A stretch of 64,000 bases of DNA from positions 1 to 64,000 of the forward strand of contig NIVC01000254.1 in assembly GCA_002269645.1 (NCBI GenBank), in the 5' to 3' direction. A program made the translations under genes and the position numbers. Below the pieces are notes generated by a model. That model saw nothing but the letters and a program-made list of their open reading frames with translations, was not told where the DNA came from and ran no database searches. Shown here piece by piece: positions 37,201-48,619 of this stretch (the stretch's first letter is position 1; each line of letters begins with the position of its first letter). The DNA is from Macrostomum lignano. Taxonomy: Eukaryota.

Positions 37201-40200
37201 AGTCTTCCTCGGTAAACCAGTCCATGTTCGATTGCAAACTCGTCCTTAAAGCTGGAGTATCCCGGAAGCTCTTAACATCCTCTCTGTGTCCAGCCATGTT
37301 TGACTTGATTAAAAAGTTTTCGAGCCTCTGGATCCATCTTTGACTGCTGTCTAAGTTTGGTCTTTTCAATCGGTAGTTCGAGTAGTGAGTCTTGGACGGA
37401 GCTAACATCAAACTACTCAGTTTGTGATGAAACTCCTGGTAGTCTCGAAAGTGCATCAGCCACAGGAGTTTCAGCCGATCGTTTGCATTCTACTACGTAG
37501 TTGTACCCCATGAGAGAAATTGCCCAACGCTGAATCCTAGCTGCGGCCACTGTAGAGAGTGCTCTGCCAGGATCAAACAGGAATTTGAGTGGGTGGTGGT
37601 CGGTGCGAATAGTAAACTTGTGACCCATCAGGTACTTGTGAAATCTCTTCACCGCCCAAACAATAGCCAGGGCTTCCCGCTCAATCTGCGCGTAGTTGCG
37701 CTCCGCCTTTGTCAGTGTTATGGAGATAAAGATCACAGGTCTAGAAAATTGTTCTAGAACCGCTCCCAATCGGATGGTGATGCATCTGTAGTCAAAACTA
37801 TCCTATCATTTGGATCGAATGGTTTGAGCTCGACAGATTGTGACAGGAGTTCCTTGATCTTCGAAAAGGCTTCACTTTCGCGTTTGCCCCTAAACCATTT
37901 TACTCCTGATCGAGTCAAATTAGACAGAGGCTCCTTCAGACTTGCTAGATTCCTGACGCATCTTCCGTAGAATTCTACCATGCCAATGAACGATTGTAGC
38001 TGCTTTACATCCTTCGGCTCGTCCATGTTAGCGATCTCTTCAGCTTTTCTTCTCACTGGTTTGATACCGTTTCCGCCTATCTCGAATCCCAAGAACTGTA
38101 TCGCGTGCTTGTTAAAGCTGCTTTTCTCGTTGTTGATGTTCAGCCCGTGTTCCTTGATCAGTCTGAGCACAGTAACGAGTCTTTCATCGTGGCTATTTTG
38201 GTCGTTTCCCCACACCAGTATATCGTCTTGGTATGAGATGACTCCATCCAGGCCCAGCAGTAGTCTATCCATGCACGATTGGAAGATGGCCGGTGCCTGC
38301 TTAATGCCATACGCTAGGGCAGTAGGCAGTAGGTAGGTAGGCTGATAGAGTCCAAATGGTGTACTCCACGTCTGCATGGCGCTGCTGTCTTCGTCTACCG
38401 GAATTTGCATATAGGCATTAGTCAAGTTCAATCTTGAGAATCGTTTTGCCTTTCCCAATTGAGACAGCAGCTCGTCAATAGTAGGTGTTGTGGAGACCAA
38501 GCGCTTGAGATGCTGATTGAGCGTAACTTTGTAGTCCCCACAGATTCTGATCCTCCCGGACTGCTTGCGGACGCGCACAATTGGTGTAGCCCAGTTGCTG
38601 GCTTCGACCTTCCTCAGCAGTCCAGCCTGCTCTATTCGGTTCAGTTCGGCCTTCACATCCTCTTGAATTCCATATGGAAGCTGTCGCGGTTTGATGAAAA
38701 TTGGTTTTGTTTCTTGTTCAATCGATAATGAAGCAATAGAGCGCTCCTTAGATACCACCGACGACAATTTCTTTAGGTCTGTGGTTTTTCCGTCTTGACC
38801 AATAATTGACGCATACAGATCGGGCTCCAACTCAGAGATCTATTCGAGACCATATATCGATTCGGCCCTTCAGCAAGGAAGAGTGGGAGGCTGCAGGTCC
38901 TTTCACCCAGTTGGACTGTGACCATCGCTTCGCCGGAGACGTGCACTGGCTCTCCCTGATATGCAACAAACCTTCTCATTGTGGGCTTGATATTTGAGAT
39001 GTGCGGCACGTCCTTGTAAACTCGACTGGAGACCAGTGATGATATTGAGCAAGTGTCCAGAACCATTTCTATGCTCGCTCCATTCACAATGAGCTTACAT
39101 GTTATTCTTGAGTTGCTCCGCAACTGAAGACATGATTTAACAGAGAAGATTCGTTCCTCTTGATCGTTGTTGAAGTCCGCCACTGGGCTTACCGCTTGAC
39201 GTTGCTGCTGAATTGATCTTATTCTGCTTCCAGACTGAGGACCACCGCTTTTGGAACGACACAGATTTCATGTGTCCAGTCTTGCCACATAATTGACAAG
39301 CCTTTGATCGGTGGAAGCAATCTTCTTTTCGGTGACCATCTTTTCCACGGCAATAACATTTTACTTCTCTGTGTCCACGTCCACCTTTGTCTGGTCGTCG
39401 TTGCTTCCTTGCTTCCTTGTCTTCGGATCTAGGGCCCTCGCGTCCTTTTTGATAAAGAGCACGCTGTTGCCGGTGAGTTGCCTTTCTCCACGGCTAACCG
39501 CTTCACATGCGCTCGAGACAGATGTTACTTTTTCCCATGTCAGATCTTTCAGCTTCTCAATGAGCAGCTTGCGAACAATATCCTTATTTGTGAGTCCAAA
39601 GATAAGTTGGTCTCTAAGCCGTTCTTCCCGGTCCGTAAATTTACACGGCTCCGCTGCTAGTCGGAGTCTTCTGGAGCTACCTCTTCTCCATCTTCCTGTT
39701 TCATGTGATGAAACGCGTATCGGTGCGCGATTTCCGATTTGTTAGTCTCAATTTCCTTCTCTACAAGGTCCTTTAGATCTTCGTAGGATTTCTGATGAGG
39801 CTCTTGTGGCAGTGAGGCGTTAGCCAGTATGTTAAACGCCTTCCTTCATACTTTAGTGCATATGAGTGCATACTTTAGCACAATGCCTATTAATACATGC
39901 CTATGACTAGCAATAATTTCTCTAAAATTCAACACGTTTTAAAGTGCATCCGAGCTGTAAGGTCAACTCAATATTCAATATTCACAATATACTAAATCTC
40001 TTAGATCTGTCTGTCTGCCAATGCACTCTGCAGGTTGGCATCAAGATAAATATAAAGGCGGCCTTAGATAAAGGGCTAAGGCTTAAGCTTTTCGTTCGCC
40101 CAAAGTGCAGGCAGTATCCACCCCTCCGATATTAGGTACACGCATCAAGCAGCTTAAAGAAAATTTAAATTTTTCTCGCAAATGTGACAAACTCAGTTCT

Positions 40201-43200
40201 TGCTCAATGCTCCCTTCGTTGTGTGGTTCCAAAGTGACGGTTCTGCGACAAGATCCGAAATTTAATTTTCAAATATTTCAAATATTCGATTTTTATCAGA
40301 GTCTAGTTATGTTCCGTTTACTAAAACGGCGCTTTGGTTACTACGCAGGTTACAACGCAGAAAGCTGCTCCGGTGGGAAGACTTACTCGTCATCTGGAAC
40401 GATCGCGTGCCCCTCGTCTGGAGGCCAGTATTCAAACAATTTGGATGTTTCCTGGTTTATTCAAGCACGTGGTGTCAGCCGAATCCGATTCAGCAAGCTG
40501 GATGTGGAGCCATGCTGCGACAAAGTGCTCATTTATGAAAACGCAACCTCCACATCAAGCAGCTCAGAGAAGTTTCGACTTGTGCATGCGAACGCGACTG
40601 AGTCTGAGTTCTGGGTAAATGCGCCCTTTGTTGTGCGGTTCCGAAGTGACGGGTCTGTCACGAAATCCGGATTTCGGCTTTCTTACGAACACCGGTCAGA
40701 ATCGATTCCAGGTGAATGTCCAACGTTTTTTACAGCTGACACTCGAGTTGACTTTTGCCGATTTATTTTTATCTAGAATGTTAAATGGAATTTCAGCTGC
40801 TACTGAGATCATTCGGCAGAGAAGCGGTGTCAGACGGAGCCATCCAGATGTTGGGTCCTACAGCAATAACTACAAAAAGGCTTGGAGTATTAACGTGCCC
40901 AGAAATTACAGTGTTTTCATTCGATTCACAAAGTTCGACACGGAATCTGGCTGCGACTATCTTAGGATATATGCAGGAATTGTTCCGGAATATCAGCACA
41001 CGGCTCTGCAAGCGATTTCGGGCAATCATAGTCATCCGTCATACACGTTTTCGCATAGCGTTACCCTCGTTTTTACTACTGACGGCTCCTCTGTCCGTGA
41101 AGGGTTCGAATTTGAGTTCAATGTCCGTGAGTTTAAAGCGAATGTTAAGCAGTTTCTTACATTTTGAACCTGTTTTATGAAGAAAGTTCAGAACTTCTCT
41201 ATTGTTGTGTATAGACAAAAAAAGACGAAACGGACTTTTAGTTTCTCTCTGCATGTCTATTGTCTGGGGTAGGACCTTTTATTTCCTTAGAAGCCGAATA
41301 ATATAGTATCGCAAAGAGCAAGTTTCTGCGTGCGCTCGCTAGAGGCAAATATAAGCCGTGAACCGCGGTACTATAAACAAAACTTCCTCGACTTAAACTT
41401 TTATGTCCGATGATAGCCTTGAGGCTGTAATCATTGTTGAAGTAGAAGACATAACACCCATTGAATGTCCAGTGCAGAAAATGTAGACTAAAACTAATAC
41501 ATGCCTATGACTAGCAATATTTTCTCCGAAATTCAACACAACGCTTTAAAATGCATCCGAGCAGTAAGGTCAGCTCAATATTCAACATTTTATATCTAAA
41601 TGCACAGTGCTAATGTACTCCGCAGGCTGGCATCAGGATAAATATAAAGGCGGCCTTAGATAGAGTGCTAAGCTTTTCGTTCACTAAACGTGCAGGCAGT
41701 ACCCACCCCTCCGATATTATAGGTACACGCATCAACAGCTTAGAGAAAATTTGAATTTTGCTCGCAATTGTGACGGACTCTGAGTTCTCGTTAAATGCTC
41801 CCTTCGTTGTGTGGTTCCAAAGTGACGGGTCTGCCAAGAAATCCGAATTTCTATTTTCAAATATTTCAAATATTCGATTTTTATTAGCGTCCAGTAATGT
41901 TTCACTTACGTACTAAAATGGCGCTTTGTTTACCACTCAGATTACAACGCAGAAGACTGTTTCGGTGGGAGGTTTTACTCGTCATCTGGAACGATCGCGT
42001 GCCCCTCCTCTGGAGGCCAGTATTCAAACAATATGGATGTTTCCTGGTCTATTCGATCACGTGGTGTCAGCCGAATCCGATTCAGCAAGCTGGATGTGGA
42101 GCCATGCTGCGACAAAGTGCTCATTTATGAAAACGCGACCTCAGCCTCAAACAGCTCAGAGAGGTTTCGACTTGTGCATGCAAACGTGACTGAGTCTGAG
42201 TTCTGGCTAAATGCTCCCTTTGTTGTGCGGTTCCGAAGTGACGGCTCTGTCACCAGATCCGGATTTCGGCTTTCTTACGAACGCCGGTCGGTATCGATTC
42301 CAGGTGAATTTTATGCCTTACATTTATAACAGCTAACACTCTGGTTCACTTTTGCTGATTGATTTTTATCTCGGATGACAAATGGAATTTCAGCTGCTAC
42401 TGAGGTCATTCGGCAGAGAAGCGGTGTCAGACGGAGCCATCCAGATGTCGGGTCCTACAGCAATAACTACAAAAAGGCTTGGAGTATTAACGTGCCCAGA
42501 AATTACAGTGTTTTCATTCGATTCACAAAGTTCGACACGGAATCTGGTTACGACTATCTCCGGATATATCGAGGACTTGTTCCGGGATATCAGCACACGG
42601 CTCTGCAAGCAATTTCTGGCAGAAATACAAGTCTTTATCTGTCATACACGTTTTGGCATAGTGTTACCTTCGTTTTTACTACTGACGGCTCCTCTGTCCG
42701 TGAAGGGTTCGAATTTGAGTTCGGTGTCTGTGAGTGTTACAATAAGTCTAAATTACGAGCTATCTTTCAGTTTTTTCACTTTTTATATTTTGGATTAGTT
42801 TATGTAGAAAGTTCAGAAGTTAGGTCACTAATTGTCCTGTGCAGAAAATCTAGACTAAGTTTATGTATTTTTGTTTAAAATGTATTCTCTTGGCCAAATA
42901 CGGGCAGAGAAGAATATTTCTACTCCGGATTATGCGCCATAGGATTATCGAACATTGTATAATGAATTACCGCTTCTAAGCAATGAAAAGGAACTTACAG
43001 AAATTTCCTTTCAATTACATAAAAATTTTGACTTACACAAAATTTTTTGTGCTGCATTAACTCATCATGATACTATATTTACAGATTATCCTGAATTAAA
43101 GGCGATCTTTTCAAAATGGACCGGAATGGCCATAGGTGGCTCGAAATTCAGTGTTTTACTGATTTCCCTGCATCAAAATGTATCAGCAAGGTGTTACTTA

Positions 43201-46200
43201 GATCTTGAATGTGGAAGCCGAACTTCGGAGATGGCAATGAATTCCGTAAGCCGTGAATTTTCGTGCATTAAACTTTCGAAAAAAGTTGCATATATTTACT
43301 GGTTTAAGTTTTTCTTATAATCTTGCATAGCGAATGTAATCTTTTTCGACCTTTTAATGCAGGGGCGGGCAAACTTTTTAGAGAGTGGGCCAAATAATAC
43401 TTTTGTTGAACAGCCGCGGGCCGGAGCTCAATAACGAGGCAACTTTCTTGGTAGATAGAAATACAGTTTAGTTTATTTGCATATCAAGCTTTTAATTGTA
43501 CGTTTCATTACAATTTTTGAAATACATGTATCATTGAATATGCAGATATTTGCTTTATATAAAGTCGAATTAACAAATGATAAGTTTAAGTAAAAATGTC
43601 GTTTAAAAAATTACGTAACAGCTCTTACTTCCGATGGCAATAACATCAGCGCTGATGAAAAAGTTATTAGTTACTTGCTACAGATGATACAGTTGATATT
43701 TAATGAAGGAAAATAGTACTAGCAATAGAGAAAAAGGGCAGTAAAAGGGACATTGACAGGGAATTATAATAGGAAAGATACAAAAAGAAATACATTGACA
43801 AAATGCTCGAACAATGATGGGCAGTGATAGCATGCTGTTAGAGGAGATAATGGTGACAAATTTTGGTTGACAGACATGCCCAATCTACAGTCTGTTAGCA
43901 GAAATTCAGTCATTTGAACTTAATGAGATGGGTGGTACTGTCTGCCCTGAAGAAGTGCTTCAAAATCCGGCTTGATAGACGAAGTAGACAGCAGAAGGAT
44001 ATCATTAAGATGGCGGTCTGAAATCTGGGAACGAAGGCGAGATTTGGTGAAGCTCATTTTGGAAAACAGCTGTTCGCAGCAAGAGGTGCTCCCAAACATG
44101 GCCACAATACGTTGAACATGGGCGATGGATTTTGGAAAGTTGTTGGATGGGAGAACAAGGTCGCGAAAGAAGGCTAGAGGGGAGGAAGTGCGGAACTTTG
44201 CCTTCAGTCCATCGTTGCACTGCAGCTCAACCAACTCCATCTGGAGGGCAGCTGGGGCATCATCCACCGAGCAGTCAAAGGGAGCAGTGAGGAGCTTGAA
44301 GTCCACAGCCAGGCGTCTGACTCCTGCAAAGCGGGAGGCAAACTCCTCCCGCAGAGAAGCCACAACCCCTGCGCAAGTGACCAGGTCCACGTCATCTGGG
44401 GCACAGGCAGCAAGACGAGGAAAGTGCACAAACTGACCAGCAGTCAGCTGAGCCTCCCACAAGCGTAGCTTGACCTCGAATGCAGTGATCTCAGCGTGCA
44501 TGTCCGTCACAAGAATTTCTTGGCCTTGAAGTTTTATATTGAGGGCATTCAGGTGTGCAGTGACATCAGCCAGCAGGGCCAGGTGAGCAAGCCATTTTGG
44601 GTCAGAAAAGCAGTCCGCATGGGGCAGATTCTTCTGGCGCAAAAATGTGACAATTTCCTGCTGCAGGTCATCACACAAGAAAGCATGGCCCCACGGCTCA
44701 GCCAGCGGTCTTCGCAGAAGTAGAGCAGGTCTCCATATTGCGCATTCACCTCGTCCACTAGACTCTGGAACTGGCGATCGTTGAGGCTGCTAGAGAGGAT
44801 GGAGTTGACAACTTTCACCACAATCGACATGACATCAGCAAGTTTGGCAGACTTGGCGCACAGGGCCTCCAGATGAATAATGCAATGCATCTTTTGTATT
44901 GGCTGGGTATGGCCGGCAGCCTCACAGTGATGCGGCGCCTTTCCTCTCTCCAGTCATTGCTGGGGCACCATCGGTCGTCACACACACAAGGCGAGAAAGA
45001 TCAAGTGAGTGCTGCTCAACACACTGAAGCACAGCATCAAAGATGTCCTTGCCAGTGGTGGTGCCATGCAGTGGGACAAGCTGCAGAAACTCCTCGTGAA
45101 TCTTGAGGTCAGCAGTGACTCCTAGGATAAAAATGGCCAGCTGGGCTGTATCTTTCATGTCAGTACTCTCGTCAAGAGCTAGGGAGAAGGCAACTAAATC
45201 AGAGCAGCAGGTCTTCAGCAAGTCCGACATCTCCTCAATGCGCCGTCGAACAGTACGGGATGAGAGGCTCACGCTCTCAAAAGCAGAACGCTGTTCTGGA
45301 CAGACAGAGTTCACCACAGTCACAAGGCACTCCTTGATGAAGTCTCCATCCGAGAAAGGCTTCATCCGGCAAGCTAGTAGATGGGAGACCTCGTAGCTTG
45401 CACGAGTCACCTTGTCGGCCTCAGTGGTCTGCTTGCGGAAGAGCAAAGTCGTATTCTGCAGGTTGCCAGACAGCTTTGCGATAGCTTCTTTCTTCTTATC
45501 AGCAGGCATTGAAGCACAGGCTGATGTTTGGTGATTAGTTTCCCAGTGGCGACGCACACTGAATTCTTTAAGGACAGCCACAATCTTAAAACAGATAAGA
45601 CACTGCGCCTGGCCAAAGCGCTCAACAAAAAAGTACTTCTCCTGCCAATCAGCTTTAAAGGCCCGACACTTGAGATCTACTTTTCTCTTTTTAGCAGGTT
45701 GAGGTGTAGTAGACATGATTAGATAGATAGATGGGAGGCACACTGTGACACTGGTGGAAATTTTATTTTAGGGTAACTTTTAGTTAATAGGCACATAAAT
45801 AAACAGATTCGGGAGGAGGTGGTCTACCAACAGCAGGCTGCAGCCAGCTAAACAGTGCAGGGGCCAAACCAACTCTTTTCTCTCTGGATAATATAACAAT
45901 GTCTAAGGCTTGATAGGAAGACTGCTAGAAAGGGGAAGAGAACTTATGGACGTACGCCACGTGCCCAGAGGGACAGGCAGCCAAATTGAGCTTAACGTTG
46001 GGCACGGCCCATACCTTCGAATCTTCGAATCTGACAATATACTATATAAAGGGAGAGGGGAATAAGTCTTTGTTTGCTTATTAGAGTCTAGACTCGTTAG
46101 TAGAGCCTTAGAATCTGGAAAATCTAGTGCCAGACTTATGCGGGCCGGATTTTAATGCAAATGATATGCTATGTGGCGGGCCAGAAAATAGAGCCTCGCG

Positions 46201-48619
46201 GGCCGGATCTGGCCCGCGGGCCGGAGTTTTCCCGCCCTAGTTTTAATGTTTTAATGTGAAATCAAAACCAAATTTACGGAGGTCTTAAATTATCTGAATT
46301 GTTTGCCATTCCCTCAGACGATCTACTCACAGCGAAGATCAGCTAAAAAATTGTTCTTATTTTCTGGAATCGTCTCAGATACTGCTGTCTGCATTCGAAA
46401 CATCACGTGCAGACTCCGTGGCAGCGGTATGAATGAACTGGTTGAATCGACTCCAGCACCTGATGGTAAAACGTATTTAATCATTTTCTGAGACTGTAGA
46501 TCTGCAAAAAATTTTGAATAGGTGAAAGTGTCTGAATTCGATAATTAGCAAAGCCATACAATAACTGTATCAGATTAATGATTATCATGCCCCAATTTCT
46601 TTTAAAAGTATGAATCTGATTTTCAGTTGACCCAGTCTCGCTTGGAATTAGCCTGATTAAGCCTGAGCTGTGGAGTCTCTCAGATGGTTTGATTCGGTTT
46701 CGAGCTGTGTCTCAAGCCGAGTGTCGGCGAGTGAGGCATCGCTGCGAGCTGAGGCTTTTCAATGGAAGCGCAGTCACTGCTGCGCAAATGAAGCGGGTAA
46801 GAATAATGTAGTAATGCGTAGTTAAAATATTTAGCAAAATATAATATACTTCAAGAGTAATTGCTATGATAGGCGTGTATAATTAAACGATGTACTGTAG
46901 GCCCGTACTGATATGCAGATATACGCAATTGTATTTTCCTTCAGTTTACAATACCCAGCTAGCGTATTTTCATTCTGATACAATTGCTACGTCAAAACTT
47001 CAGCAAGCATCACAGCCACGTACATCTCAGTGTGTGAGCAGAGTTCAGACAGACTTTGCTGTGGTGGCTGAGCTCATCGACACAGTCAATTCCACGATAC
47101 TTTGTTACAAGCAAGCCGGAACAGTCAACTATTCTCTGCCGGTTATGAAACTGCGTGAGTTGAGTTAAGATTATGAAATCAATGCATAGATGAATACAAA
47201 TAATAGGAATTTAGTATATAGAACTTCATTAGAACAAGAAGTATATATATTCGCATAACGTCACTTGAATCGAAATTGAACGAAAAAAAGCAATCTAACA
47301 TGCTATTACTATTACTTTATTCATCGTAAAGTTGATTCTAAAACAAGAAATACTTTATTCGAATATTAGGCGTTTCTGACTCTGTTTTCAAATAAACATG
47401 TGAAATTGGCGGCAATTTTGAGAGTTCTAATCAGGTGAAAAATGTGTCCTATGTACAGCTGATTTATTCCATGCTAAAAATTGAAAATAAAAGAAAAGAT
47501 TCTCAGCTCCTTGCAATGATCATTCTCTTATCCCAGCTGTTCGAGAAATTCAATGGAGATTCCCAGATTCTGCTGGAATCACTGCGGGTGCTGCAGTGCG
47601 CATTTTGTTTACAACAGCTGCAAGCATCCGAGGCCGATTCGATTGAATTCAGCGAATTACCTCCAGGTATCGCTTTTGAACTCTCTGGCTAATAGTTTCC
47701 TTCATAACAGCGCATAAAAAGCAAGGCCCTTGATTCATTTAAAACAAACTATGTAATCAAAGCCCGTTTCTGCGTTTTTTAATTGATTTCAGTTGAACCA
47801 AATGACTTACAGCTTGAGTTGATTGATCCTGAGCTGTGGCTACTCAATGGAGCGATTCAGTTCCGTGCGGTTTCCGAACTCGCCTGTCCCAGTGTGAGGC
47901 ATCGCTGTGAGCTGAGGACGGCCACTAATTATTCGATTCCTGCGACACTGATAAAGAAGGTTGTTTTTGTCTGTTGTCAGCCTTTTTTGTAGCTAGCTAT
48001 TTGTGCAAGATAGTATGCTTTGCTTAACTTCAGGATGTCTCGAAGCCCACCGGACCTCAGTGCTTCAGCTCGGTGATGTCGCAGTTCTTGGCGTTCGCTC
48101 AGCCATCAGACGTAGCGGGTTCCACTGTGAGATGCCGCCTGCTCAACGGCAGCTCTGCGCTTCTCATGCATCCCGAACTGGGTTTTGGTGAGTTTCGCAG
48201 CTGATTTCAGATGTTATACACGAGGAAGCAGCCGTGCTTTAAATATTGGCATATTGCCTCCATCAACAGGAGAGACGAGGCTGGCGGGAGTCTGGGAGCG
48301 GCCACTGCTAGCAGCTTCATCAACTACGGCTGTTCTCGCCATCATTGCACTGGTAGCAGTGGTGGCCTGCTTTGTGCTGATGAGATCTGGTCGGCGGCCA
48401 CCTTGGAAAGAATCGCCGGATGCGTCAGTAGTGAATGAGTCAATGAAGATGCAAATGACAGTCAGTAACCAATACTATGGCGAATCAGCAGGCATTGTAA
48501 GCAGCTTTAATGTGATTTGAGGCACCAGACTTCATCATATTTTCAGCAATTTCAAATTATTAATCATGCTTGCATCCGACTTTCAGCCTGATGACTCAAC
48601 CGGAGTTTACGTCACGTGA
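34248..48619 (+). CDS. CUB-domain type I membrane protein paralog 2, apparently intact, 898 aa
   Basis: Exons 34248-34323 (signal peptide), 34402-34752, 40361-40711, 40797-41126, 41953-42303, 42394-42729 (5 CUB), 46627-46796, 47004-47154, 47793-47959, 48034-48187 (two copies of a two-exon domain), 48270-48496 (TM), 48587-48619. Total 2697 bp; phases are compatible and I found no internal stops. The model assumes 47507-47666 is skipped. Confidence 0.8.
34897..35191. mobile_element. Foldback MITE with TA target duplication
   Basis: ~125-bp imperfect inverted arms (TTG.TTTTGTCAGCCTAACTGAG..) with TA on both sides; absent from the paralogous intron at ~41295-41310. Confidence 0.85.
35267..35502. 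mobile_element. MITE with perfect 66-bp TIRs and TA TSD (Tc1/mariner type)
   Basis: 35267-35332 is the exact reverse complement of 35437-35502; the empty site is visible at ~41370. Confidence 0.92.
35554..35953. repeat. Tandem duplication of host flank + 241-bp LTR (35579-35819) + Gypsy 3' end; second copy at 35969-36368
   Basis: Direct repeat at offset 415 separated by a 15-bp filler; includes 25 bp of host intron. Confidence 0.92.
35994..39845 (-). mobile_element. Ty3/Gypsy LTR retrotransposon: 3' LTR (35994-36234) present, 5' LTR/PBS deleted, frameshifted gag-pol
   Basis: Gag knuckle CQLCGKTGHMKSV, protease VLDTCS, RT YQDDILV, RNase H TTDAS and EREALAI, integrase H-H-C-C / HIDYAGP / DAYSKW / SNGLAERFV. 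LTR has TG..CA ends and a short purine tract before it. Confidence 0.95.
39930..40270 (+). pseudogene. Intronic relic of a CUB-A exon (copy A)
   Basis: Degenerate translation ..LNAPFVVWFQSDGSATRSE aligns to the functional NAPFVVRFRSDGSVTKSG; upstream part is broken. Confidence 0.7.
41540..41860 (+). pseudogene. Intronic relic of a CUB-A exon (copy B)
   Basis: SLEKI*ILLAIVTDSEFSLNAPFVVWFQSDGSAKKSEF aligns to SSEKFRLVHANATESEFWVNAPFVVRFQSD; contains an in-frame stop. Confidence 0.75.
43360..46240 (-). mobile_element. hAT DNA transposon (Charlie / GTF2IRD2-like group), both ends intact
   Basis: TIRs CAGGGGCGGGCAAACT / AGTTTTCCCGCCCTAG; 8-bp TSD TTTTAATG at 43352-43359 and 46241-46248; subterminal GGCCCGCGGGCC motifs. 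Confidence 0.93.
43920..45716 (-). pseudogene. hAT transposase split by at least two frameshifts
   Basis: AKKRKV NLS, CLIC..RRHWETNH finger, LALDESTD, TTDGAPAM, HCIIH, RWLSRG, CCEQLFS spread over three ORFs. Confidence 0.9.
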
